Shown one piece after another: positions 14,920 through 23,500 of a stretch of 27,367 nt of DNA; the first letter of the stretch is position 1; each line of letters starts with the position of its first letter. The notes under the pieces are model-generated. The model did not search any database and was not told the origin of the DNA. It saw only the letters and a program-made list of their open reading frames with translations. The stretch is taken from positions 1 to 27,367 of IMG/VR virus record IMGVR_UViG_3300025288_000092; one strand, given 5' to 3'. A program made the position numbers and the translations under genes. Origin of the DNA: a virus. Taxonomy: Duplodnaviria; Caudoviricetes.

Positions 14920-15366
14920 TTATTTTGGCCAGGCCTCAATCAAGGTTTTGGTGTCGCTGATGCATTGGTCAGCATCGCCTGCCACTTTTTGAAGAGTGCT
15001 GCTGCACTCAGCGAGTATGTCTCCGTGGGTGGAGACGACACGGTTGCAGGCATCAATGGAATCGCTGGCTGCTCGCATGGCGGCGGCGGTTGCGTTGCGC
15101 AGCCCGACAAGAGCAGCATCGCCATCGCGGCGCACGATAACCAGGGCGCGGCGGCGCTCCGCTGCAGCATTTTGTGCAGTGACGACTGCGCTTTGCTGCC
15201 GCTCCACAGTTGCTCTTGCAGCGCGTTGTAGTGAGATACGTTCATTGGCTTGCTCCAATTCCATTTGGTTAATCGTTGCTGTTTGTAGCCGCCAAGCCAG
15301 GCCAAAGCCAGCCAGGCCTGAGGCAATGGCCGACACCATAGCAATGACCAAGGTGGGGCTCATCAT
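14920..15366 (-). CDS. Rz-like inner-membrane spanin
   Basis: N-terminal TM followed by an Ala-rich coiled coil, ending AWPK; downstream of the endolysin; contains a nested lipoprotein gene. Confidence 0.8.
   Translation of the reverse strand: MMSPTLVIAMVSAIASGLAGFGLAWRLQTATINQMELEQANERISLQRAARATVERQQSAVVTAQNAAAERRRALVIVRRDGDAALVGLRNATAAAMRAASDSIDACNRVVSTHGDILAECSSTLQKVAGDADQCISDTKTLIEAWPK
14940..15170 (-). CDS. Rz1-like outer-membrane lipoprotein spanin nested in Rz
   Basis: Lipobox LLLSG-C followed by Pro-rich ATQPPPPCEQPAIPLMP, in another frame wholly inside Rz. Start 15170 is inferred. Confidence 0.78.
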   Translation of the reverse strand: MLQRSAAAPWLSCAAMAMLLLSGCATQPPPPCEQPAIPLMPATVSSPPTETYSLSAAALFKKWQAMLTNASATPKP

Positions 15367-15551
15367 TGACCACCATCATGTGCGTCGCGCTGGATGTCAA
15401 ACAACTCATTGGCCTCATCGAAAATGCGCTTGCAACTCTCGTCAATGCGACGTTTGGCTATCAGTAGCTCAAGTGTTTTGATCTGCTCAAGCTGCTCTTT
15501 AAGCGTGTGAGCCATGCGTTGACGTGCTTGTGGGGTGATTTTGCTGTTCAT
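15363..15551 (-). CDS. Small hypothetical protein between endolysin and Rz
   Basis: ATG 15551 with AGGAG SD; ATGA overlaps at both ends. Confidence 0.6.
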   Translation of the reverse strand: MNSKITPQARQRMAHTLKEQLEQIKTLELLIAKRRIDESCKRIFDEANELFDIQRDAHDGGQ

Positions 15552-16021
15552 GCTACTCCTTCCAGGCAAAGTGTTTTTTCAGCGGCACGGCGCTTTGTCA
15601 ATCCAGCTAGCGGTACAGCTACACCGAGGATGTGGGTCTTGTTCCAGCGCGGGAGCTGATTACAAGCCCCTTTGATGTCACCAGACTTGAGCATTCGCGC
15701 CGCTGTAGATTTAGCTGTGCTGCAGGCAATGTTTGATCCCAGGTTGTACGCCGCGTCTGAAAAGGCTGCAAGTACAGGGATTGGCAACCCGGGTTGACAC
15801 TTATCAACGGTTTCGATGGCATGGAGCATGTCCTTATTAAGCAAAGCCTTGCACTCATCAAGCGTGTAGCTTTTGGTTTTATCAACACCACCGGTGTGTC
15901 CGTAGCACACGGTCAAGATACCAGGTGGGTCGTAATAATAGGTTTGGCGCAGTCCCTCTGCAGGGATAGCCAGCGCGGTAGCAATGGCCAGTGCTGATGC
16001 TTTACGCTGTGCGGGTGTCAT
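15548..16021 (-). CDS. Endolysin, GH24 lysozyme, probably SAR type
   Basis: EGLRQTYYYDPPGILTVCYGHT gives E-x8-D-x5-T; AYNLG and GLTKRR motifs; weakly hydrophobic Ala-rich N-terminus directly before the catalytic Glu. Confidence 0.92.
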   Translation of the reverse strand: MTPAQRKASALAIATALAIPAEGLRQTYYYDPPGILTVCYGHTGGVDKTKSYTLDECKALLNKDMLHAIETVDKCQPGLPIPVLAAFSDAAYNLGSNIACSTAKSTAARMLKSGDIKGACNQLPRWNKTHILGVAVPLAGLTKRRAAEKTLCLEGVA

Positions 16022-16227
16022 AGCCCGTCCCGTGGTTGTACAAGCAGTCGTGCCCACACACCGCCCATAGCGGCCACCATGCTCAGGCTAGCAAATACGC
16101 TGCGCGGTAAGGTGTCAACAAATAGTGGCAAGATCACTTCGCAGCCAGACAACAGCCCAGCGGCAACAGCCCAACGCACCGACCACGACTTGCGCAGCAG
16201 GTGTTGCCAGTTGTCATGTAGGTTCAT
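16018..16227 (-). CDS. Putative holin (2 TM)
   Basis: LHDNWQHLLRKSWSVRW followed by two hydrophobic segments; overlaps the endolysin start. Confidence 0.72.
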   Translation of the reverse strand: MNLHDNWQHLLRKSWSVRWAVAAGLLSGCEVILPLFVDTLPRSVFASLSMVAAMGGVWARLLVQPRDGL

Positions 16228-16279
16228 GCCCAGCCCCACAAATCAAGCCATTCGCACCATAGTTCAAGCATCAGACTGT

Positions 16280-16576
16280 TCATCTTTGGCCCCTCTCAAT
16301 GATTCGATCTAACTTCGCGTCTAGCCGCTCATACTGAAATCTGATCAAGCTAACAGACGCTGACGTATCACTGGCCAACTGTGTATCGCGCTGGTGCAAA
16401 ACAACATTGTCCGCCTGGATCAAGGCAATGTCTCGCTTTAAATCTGAGTACCCTGTAACCATCGTTATTGCGATGCCAATGACGCTGATGATGATGGTGA
16501 CGTTGACCTCTTTTTTAAGATGCCAGCCACCAGGTTGTGGCTCTCGGCGTTCTTCTCCTGTGTATGGATTACTCAT
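16280..16576 (-). CDS. Single-TM lysis-module membrane protein
   Basis: ATG 16576 coupled to the upstream stop; TM segment VTIIISVIGIAITMV followed by a coiled coil. Confidence 0.65.
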   Translation of the reverse strand: MSNPYTGEERREPQPGGWHLKKEVNVTIIISVIGIAITMVTGYSDLKRDIALIQADNVVLHQRDTQLASDTSASVSLIRFQYERLDAKLDRIIERGQR

Positions 16577-16857
16577 ATTTTGCTTTCGTAAAGGTGTCGT
16601 TGCCACTCCCAAGCTTTCCGGCAATGGTCTGCCTGTCGGACTTTAAAAATCCAATTGATCACAGCCACCAGGACGTGGCCGCGTGTCTTGCCTGCCAGGT
16701 GCATATCCCACGCTGCCGCGCTGATGGTTTCGCCGGGCTTGGACTTGCCTAGCGTCAACACCCGCAGCACCCAAGCGTCAAAGGCTATCCAGTGATCAAG
16801 CGTGGTTGTCTCGCGCAAGATAATGGCTGTGGCGATGAGTAAGATCAAGTAGGTCAT
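16573..16857 (-). CDS. Hypothetical membrane-associated phage protein
   Basis: 94 aa, hydrophobic N-terminus, GETISA..DHCRKAW motif, coupled at both ends. Confidence 0.7.
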   Translation of the reverse strand: MTYLILLIATAIILRETTTLDHWIAFDAWVLRVLTLGKSKPGETISAAAWDMHLAGKTRGHVLVAVINWIFKVRQADHCRKAWEWQRHLYESKI

Positions 16858-17249
16858 AGTGTTGCAGCATGTATAAACAGGGCATCAAGATCAGCGTCTG
16901 TCATGCCCAAAGCTGCGGCCATTTGTGGCACTAAGCCTGAACTGCGCTGTACTTCTTGAGCGTACTCCCACTCAATGGCCGCTGCTTCTTTTTGAGGGCT
17001 TGGCAAGGTAGCAATAGCCGCTCCAACGGTTGCCAGCAAACCCGCATCTAACAGGGCTAGGCGTGCTTGGCGCATGGTGACGGATTGGGGGATGCCGGGT
17101 AAAGGTAGCGTTGGTGTGCCATCGGTTACGGTGTATTCCTCCATGCGCTCAATGTCAAAGTCTGGTGGGGCTGTGACAAATTGCGCAGGGCCGGTGTAGT
17201 CGTCTGTCGCTGTACCTGCGATGCGGTTTTGCTGGATAATTAACTTCAA
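16854..17249 (-). CDS. Tail-fibre-associated (assembly chaperone-like) protein
   Basis: PQSVTMRQARLAL..IEWEYA..LDALF..AATL pattern typical of small genes following tail fibres. TTG start with GGAG SD. Confidence 0.7.
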   Translation of the reverse strand: MKLIIQQNRIAGTATDDYTGPAQFVTAPPDFDIERMEEYTVTDGTPTLPLPGIPQSVTMRQARLALLDAGLLATVGAAIATLPSPQKEAAAIEWEYAQEVQRSSGLVPQMAAALGMTDADLDALFIHAATL

Positions 17250-17449
17250 AGGAGTGCCCCCATGATTGAAATTGTTGAGTCAAAAACGGCGATTGGCTGT
17301 GTTGCGCAATCTCCAACATGCCCGTATGAAAAGATGCCGCCTGAGGCGCAAAAGGCCATATCGCAGTTCGTAAAAGAGGCTGTGTTTCGCACCTTGCTGC
17401 TTTTAAGAGGATGACCGGCGGCGCGCTTGGATTGGATGATGAGTTTCAT
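17246..17449 (-). pseudogene. Probable chimeric remnant ORF (duplicated MKLIIQ start fused to an unrelated fragment)
   Basis: AAGGAG SD; first about 12 codons resemble the next gene's N-terminus, the rest is unrelated; stop overlaps the next start. Confidence 0.45.
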
Positions 17450-17458
17450 TGGTACTCC

Positions 17459-18472
17459 TTAAACAAGGATGTAACGTACATTTTGAGTGGTGTTACCTAC
17501 TAGAGACCATGTGCGCCTCATCAAACCATTAGCAGCCGATACTACGTTTGCATTATCGGTATTAGCAGATGGGTAAGCCCCACTATTACCGTAGGTTGTT
17601 GTACGCCCAATTGCAGCTGCGGCACTACCCAAGTTGTCCCCATTAGGAAGTCGAACACCGCCGGCGACATCGTTTGATGACAACCCTCTGCCCCATACTA
17701 AGGACAGGTCTTCTGAACCACCTGTAGTCCACACACGTAGCAGAATAATTTTTGTACCATTTGCGACGTATGTAAATGACGATGATGTTGCTGTTCCAGC
17801 TACAGAACCACTTGTCACTTTTCGTTGTACTTGCGTTGGTGTTGCCTGCAAAGCAGAAAGAGCTGTGTCGCTGTTATAAACAGCAAGACGAGCCGTTGCA
17901 CTTGCAAATACTGCGTCCGTTGCTGTATTGCTAGCCCATACAGCACCCATCGCGGTTGAGGATGCGGCTACAGCAGTCATCGCGGTTGAGGATGCGGCTA
18001 CAGCAGCCACGCTAGCGTAGTCGGTGTAACTTAAGCCTGTGCCAGCTAACATCCAAATACGTACAGCTTGATCATTAGCATCTACAGCAGTCATCGCGGT
18101 TGAGGATGCGGCTACAGCAGTCATCGCGGTTGAGGATGCGGCTACAGCAGTCATCGCGGTTGAGGATGCGGCTACAGCAGTCATCGCGGTTGAGGATGCG
18201 GCTACAGCAGTCATCGCGGTTGAGGATGCGATTACAGCAGTCATCGCGGTTGAGGATGCGGCTACAGCAGTCATCGCGGTTGAGGATGCGGCTACAGCAG
18301 TCATCGCGGTTGAGGATGCGGCTACCCTACGCGCTTGACCACGCATACCCAGCAGTACATTTAACTCAGCCAGCCGCCCAGGATCAGCGATTAAAAGGGC
18401 TTCTAATTGCGCGCCGGATGTCGTCCCGGCTTCTACGGCGTTTAGCATACGCATTGCTCTTACCATTGGCAT
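17459..18472 (-). CDS. Putative tail fibre / receptor-binding protein with (VAASSTAMTA)n repeats
   Basis: 337 aa in the distal tail module, AAGGA SD, 10-aa repeat stalk and a beta-rich C-terminal domain. Confidence 0.7.
   Translation of the reverse strand: MPMVRAMRMLNAVEAGTTSGAQLEALLIADPGRLAELNVLLGMRGQARRVAASSTAMTAVAASSTAMTAVAASSTAMTAVIASSTAMTAVAASSTAMTAVAASSTAMTAVAASSTAMTAVAASSTAMTAVDANDQAVRIWMLAGTGLSYTDYASVAAVAASSTAMTAVAASSTAMGAVWASNTATDAVFASATARLAVYNSDTALSALQATPTQVQRKVTSGSVAGTATSSSFTYVANGTKIILLRVWTTGGSEDLSLVWGRGLSSNDVAGGVRLPNGDNLGSAAAAIGRTTTYGNSGAYPSANTDNANVVSAANGLMRRTWSLVGNTTQNVRYILV
17939..18325. repeat. 30-bp tandem repeat CTACAGCAGTCATCGCGGTTGAGGATGCGG: 8 units at 18082-18321 plus about 2 at 17939-18006
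   Basis: Units in the main array are identical except AT for GC at 18231-18232. Confidence 0.95.
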
Positions 18473-18484
18473 GATGTTTTTCCT

Positions 18485-19681
18485 TTAAGATTTGATGACG
18501 GTGATAGGCCAAACCGTTCTAATGGCGGTGTTGGTGGTTGCTACGGCTGCGCTGGCGTTGGTGAGCATGATGGTTACGGTATTTGTGGCACTGACCCATG
18601 CGTGATAGCCCAAGCGACCTGTGTCGGCTGTAGTGTTGCCAAGCTGCGCTGGGGGGGTAGCAATTACCCTGTCACCTACAGCCGCGCCTGTAACCGTACC
18701 GGTAAAGCTGACACTTGAAATGCTGGCTACTGAAGTAATGCTGCAAGTGGCCGAGCCGGTGAGTACTTTGGTAGCAAAGCTGGTGGCAAAGCTGGTAGCA
18801 AAGCTGGTAGCAAAGCGCAGTGGTTCATCCTCGTCATCATCAGCCGTAGCTTGCCATTCTGGGGACTGCCACGCATCAACCAAGTCCCAATGCGCGGCTT
18901 CAAGTAGCCACACCCCGGATGCAGTTGCAAAGGCGGATTCGTCGTCATCGGGCTCGGTGCTACCCGCTTCCCAGACAAACAGGCCAAGTCCGTCAACAAT
19001 GGCTTGTTCACCAGCAGCTGGGGTTTGGCTGCGTAGGGTGGCGCGGGAGTCGTAAGCCAAGGTTTGAACAGGTGGCAAAGTTACATTGCCCGTCATGCCG
19101 TTGACGCTGCTTACACCAGCAATGGAGCTGATGCCATCGCCCCAAGCAACACCGGTCCACACGCGCCATTTGCTGAGCGTGGTGTCGTAATAGGTTGACC
19201 CAGCAAGTAGCGCTTCACCCTGGTTGTCAAGCGTAGGTGCACTGGCTTTGTTGCCTAGGTTGAGCTTGCTGGCGGCTACCGCGCTGGCATCGGCGGCGAT
19301 TACATCAAGCCCTGTTTGCACGCGGTCTAACCCAGTTTGCACGCGGTCGGCTGCGGTCGCAATGGCATCGGCGGCGGCCAATGCAACTTGATCAGCTGCT
19401 AATGCAACTTGATCAGCTGCTAATGCAACTTGATCAGCTGCCAAAGATACCTGTGCTGCACCATTGGTTGTCGCCAGCCCCGCCTGCGTTGTGGCGGTAG
19501 CCGCGCTGGTAGCCGCGTCATCAGCGTTGGATTTGACGTTTGCGCCAACAGCGGATACTTGCGTGCCAAAGCCAGGTAGTGCAACGCTCCAAGGGTAGGC
19601 CAAGGTGTTAAAGGTGCCACGGTTGTTTGGGTCAGGTGCGGCGGGTAGCGCATCGATAAGTGGGGGTGCTGCAGTTGCCAT
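18485..19681 (-). CDS. Putative tail fibre / distal tail protein
   Basis: Ala-rich coiled-coil N-half, GVSSVNGMTGNVTL fibre junction motif, internal AADQVAL and FATS repeats. Confidence 0.72.
   Translation of the reverse strand: MATAAPPLIDALPAAPDPNNRGTFNTLAYPWSVALPGFGTQVSAVGANVKSNADDAATSAATATTQAGLATTNGAAQVSLAADQVALAADQVALAADQVALAAADAIATAADRVQTGLDRVQTGLDVIAADASAVAASKLNLGNKASAPTLDNQGEALLAGSTYYDTTLSKWRVWTGVAWGDGISSIAGVSSVNGMTGNVTLPPVQTLAYDSRATLRSQTPAAGEQAIVDGLGLFVWEAGSTEPDDDESAFATASGVWLLEAAHWDLVDAWQSPEWQATADDDEDEPLRFATSFATSFATSFATKVLTGSATCSITSVASISSVSFTGTVTGAAVGDRVIATPPAQLGNTTADTGRLGYHAWVSATNTVTIMLTNASAAVATTNTAIRTVWPITVIKS
18770..18814. repeat. 12-bp tandem repeat encoding FATS x about 4
   Basis: GGTAGCAAAGCT units, one variant. 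Confidence 0.8.
19380..19442. repeat. 21-bp tandem repeat encoding AADQVAL x3
   Basis: AATGCAACTTGATCAGCTGC(T/C) three times. Confidence 0.85.
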
Positions 19682-20590
19682 TTATGTCAAGCCTTTTACG
19701 GTGATAGTTAGATTTGCTACGCCAAAACTGTCGTAGGCCATTTGGGCGCTGCCGATGCCAAAGGTTGTTAGCCCAAGGTATCCAGGTACGTTGGTTGCTA
19801 TCCATGCCACCGGCACGTCAAGCACGTCTTGCAGGCTTTGTAAAACAGCGTCTGCCTGGTCGCGTGGCATGCTGACAGTGCAACGCAGGTTTGTGGCGCT
19901 GTGGCGTTTGACAATGGTGGTAGTGCCGTCGTCATTGGTTTTGATGTAGCTGTAGGTAACTGGCTCTGCACTTGCGCCGTATTGCGTGCCACCCCAATCG
20001 CCGGAGCCGACCAGGCTGACGTAATCGCCGCAGACGATCATGCCAACGCCCACCGGCTCGCCCGTGGCGGCGCTGATTGTGAGAGTCAACTCAGCCTGTG
20101 GGCGGATTGGCAAATCGCTAAAAATGAGTTTTGAAATTGGTTTTGGTGTGCCGAATAAATACTCATACCAATTTAATGGCGCTTCGCTGAGTTGTCCTGA
20201 TTGGCTAAAAATGACCGCGCCGCCTGGTGCATCTTTAAGGATGATGTTGTACTGTGTGCCAACTAGGCCATACAGGGCAAACGCGTTGAAATAACCGGGT
20301 GTTAACACGTAGGTCAGGCTGGTTACGGTGCTGGCTTTGGTGTTGGTGTAGATGTCAAATGGAGCCCATTTGTTGGTGGGGCGCATATCAACCCAGCGGG
20401 TGGTGTCAAGCTCTGGGCTGATGGTGCTTGCACCACCCACAGCGTCTTTGTAAACGCGGTGCGTGGCTATCACATGGCGTTCGTTGCCAACAGCGTAAGT
20501 AGTGCCAGATACCCACGCAGTTGTTGGGTCTTCGGCTAACGCCGTGCCGAATATGGCGCTGGTGATGGTGATCGGCTTGATGATGTTCAT
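19682..20590 (-). CDS. Tail tip / distal tail-like structural protein
   Basis: 302 aa, ATGA-coupled to the tape measure gene; N-terminal WVSGTTYAVG carbohydrate-binding-like motif; beta-rich. Confidence 0.7.
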   Translation of the reverse strand: MNIIKPITITSAIFGTALAEDPTTAWVSGTTYAVGNERHVIATHRVYKDAVGGASTISPELDTTRWVDMRPTNKWAPFDIYTNTKASTVTSLTYVLTPGYFNAFALYGLVGTQYNIILKDAPGGAVIFSQSGQLSEAPLNWYEYLFGTPKPISKLIFSDLPIRPQAELTLTISAATGEPVGVGMIVCGDYVSLVGSGDWGGTQYGASAEPVTYSYIKTNDDGTTTIVKRHSATNLRCTVSMPRDQADAVLQSLQDVLDVPVAWIATNVPGYLGLTTFGIGSAQMAYDSFGVANLTITVKGLT

Positions 20591-23500
20591 ACGATCTGCA
20601 CCAGGGTTGGGGCTTCGGGGTTGCCGTTGACGGCATCAGCGGTGCGGCGGTTGTGTGTGTTGCCGTCGTTGACGATGGCTTGCAGACGCTGCACTTCTTT
20701 GGTTAGGCCTTCAACCAGGCGTTCTAGTTTTTCGTTGTTTTTCTGGGAGCCTGCTGCTGGGTTGTAGGCTTTGGGGATGATAGCCTCGCCCTCATGGATG
20801 CGCGCCATCATGTCGCGGGGCACATAATTTGTGCCAACGTCAAATGCTGGTAGCTTGTTTTCAACCGCCCATGTGTTTGATGTGCCGGCCTGCCACCCCA
20901 TGAGCGCATCTAATGATGCGGAGCTGATACCAGTTTTTACTGCAGCCGTATACACATCTGCAGCGCTGCCTGTTGCTAATGTGCTGTTGACAAAACTAAT
21001 AGCGTCTGTTGCTAAAAATTTTGATCCGTCTTTGCCATAAATGGTTTGTTCAGCCCCATTATTTACGGCCAACGCACCGCCAGAACTAGCCCAAACTTGC
21101 ACATCGCCTGCATTGGTTGCAACGGTTGACAAAGCATCTTTTGTTAGCGGATTGCCTGCAGTGGTTTTTAACCCCGCGATAGCATCAACAGAGCCAATAG
21201 CGCCAGCTTTCAGGGCGTCAAGAATGCTAAGTGCAATGCCCATTAGCGATTTGTTGAAGGCGTCTAATGCGGCTGCAACACTTAGCACAGAGGTATTGAT
21301 GCCATTGGCTGCATCTAGTTGCTTTTGAGCCATTGCCAACGTGTCGTCAAGCCTGGTGAGTTGGTCTTTGGCTGTCTGAAGCTGCTTTTCTGCTGTAGTG
21401 AGTTGGCCGCCTGTCAGCTTTTGAAGTTTCCCAATTGTTCCAGCCAGCGCCAATTTGGCAAAGTCTGACTCGGCTTGACTGGCATACACAGTGCTGTCGT
21501 TTGTGGCCGCTTGCACAGCATCGCTTAAAGCTGCGCTTTCTGGTAGGTAGCCGGTAGCTTGTGCGTTGCTTAGGGCGTTGTCTATAAAGGCTCGACCTGC
21601 CGCTGCGATCTGCGTGCTTTCAACTTGGCTATAAAGTGTTCTGATGCCACCGCCAAGGATGTCAAAGACGCTTTTAATTTCATTGACCGCCTCTTGAGCC
21701 GCATCGGCCTGTGATTGGTATATTTTCCGCTGTGCATCAACAGCACGCTGTAATGCTGCCATGGCATTATTAGCAGCGTCTAGGTTAGCTTGCACTGCTG
21801 TTCTTAAATCTTCTTGTGCAAACACTTGACGCATAAGGGCGCGGGTGCTTTCGTCTGTAGCGTCACGCAGTGCTAGGCTGCGTTCGGTTTGTTTTCCAGA
21901 AAAAATATCAAGTTGGTCTTGGAATTTTTGGTTTGTGGCTGCAAGAGCTTCCGCTGCCTTTGCGACTTGAGCAAACTCGGGGCCAAGCGCCGTAAGTACG
22001 GCATAGGTGTTTCTACCCGCATCGGTACTGAGGTTGAGTGCGTCCCGGATTGCGTTAAATGACGCGATGCTGTCGGGCATAGCTACATTGACCAGAGCCA
22101 AGCCTTTAGCCACATTTTCTGCGGTCTTTTTAAGGCGATCCGCATCACTATAAAGAGCCGCGTAATACTCACTTTGTCGTGCTGCAAATGCGTCTGAGCC
22201 GCCAAAGGCCTCAATCAATTTGCTGGCTGCATCTGCGCCAATTAGCGATGACTCCAGTATGGCTTCGTTGAAGGTGTCAAGCCACTTGTTTACGCCGGAT
22301 AGGCTACCGCTTAGTCGCTCCAGTGTTACGCTTGCGGTTTCTCCAATTTTTGCAAAATCTTTAATGCTTGGCGCGGCAGCGCTGGCCATGTCGTCTGCCA
22401 TGCCTGTAAAGATGGTGGTGAGTTGCTCTTGGGTTGTCCCCGCAGCAATGTCAACGGCTTTGCTGTAGGCGCTGATTTTGTCGGTAGCCAAACCCAAAGT
22501 TGTGGCCATGCCTGTCATGCTGCCCTTAACCCCCGCAAAAGCAGATGACCATGCGTCGAGGGTAGCGGGGTCTATGGCGCTGATGTCAGTCCAATTTTTG
22601 TTGCCCCTAAAAAACCCGCCCTTTTTCTGGTAGTTAGCATAATTAGTGCCGGTAAAACCAGAGTCACTAAATGTGCCACGTATCCCGCTGGAGGTAAGCG
22701 TGGTCGGGCCGCGTCCGAAGGCGCGGTTAACCAAGCCGCCAACCACGCCAGCTATTGGGCCGACTCCAGGGATGGCACTGGCAAGCCCCGCAATGGTGTT
22801 TACCGCCCCGAGCTTGTAGCCACCGCTGATGGCTTTTGAGATGGAGTATCCAGCCAGGCCGTTGGCAAAAGAGCCCACAATAAGCCCAGCTGCTTGGGCA
22901 CCACCAGCAGATGCAGCCGCCTTTGCCGCCGCCATGGATGAGGTTGCGGCCAAGCCACCAGCAAAACCGGCAACACTCGCATTGCCCGCAAACAATCCAC
23001 CTTCGGCTACCAATTTTGCAACTTGAGCGGAGCTTTGTAGTGCAACATTAAGCCCGCCGCTTACCGCGTTAAACAGCGTGCCAAGATTGCTGGCAACACC
23101 TAACAGGTCACCAGCGCCACCGGAACCACCAGCAAAAGCAGCACCGGCCGCACCTACACCAACCGACCCGACTACGCCTTGCACAAATACCTTGAGCACT
23201 TGCGTCTTGAGGGTGTTTTTGATGGTGTCCCACAGCGACTGGAAAAAGCCTTTGCCGGATTCGAAGGCGCGCATCAGAGCGGATTCCCAGTACTTGCCGG
23301 ATTCTTCGGCGGCGCGCTTTTGCTCTTTGAGCATGTCGTTGGCGGCATCCACACCGGCTTGCTTTTGTGCGCCGGATACTTTTGCTGTGGCCAGGTCACG
23401 CAATGCCTTTGCCTCTCGCTTCAGTCCGGCTATGATTTCTGGACTACGCATGACACCATCAGTAAGATTGGCTTGGCGGTCAAGCTCAGCCGCATTGGCA

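Noticed and set aside
17939-18325. 30-bp repeats as a CRISPR array
   Set aside because: Units are head-to-tail with no spacers, in frame within a CDS, and no cas genes are present.
16854-19681. Diversity-generating retroelement or invertible tail-fibre cassette
   Set aside because: No reverse transcriptase, no template/variable repeat pair differing at adenines, and no invertase or flanking inverted sites seen in the window.
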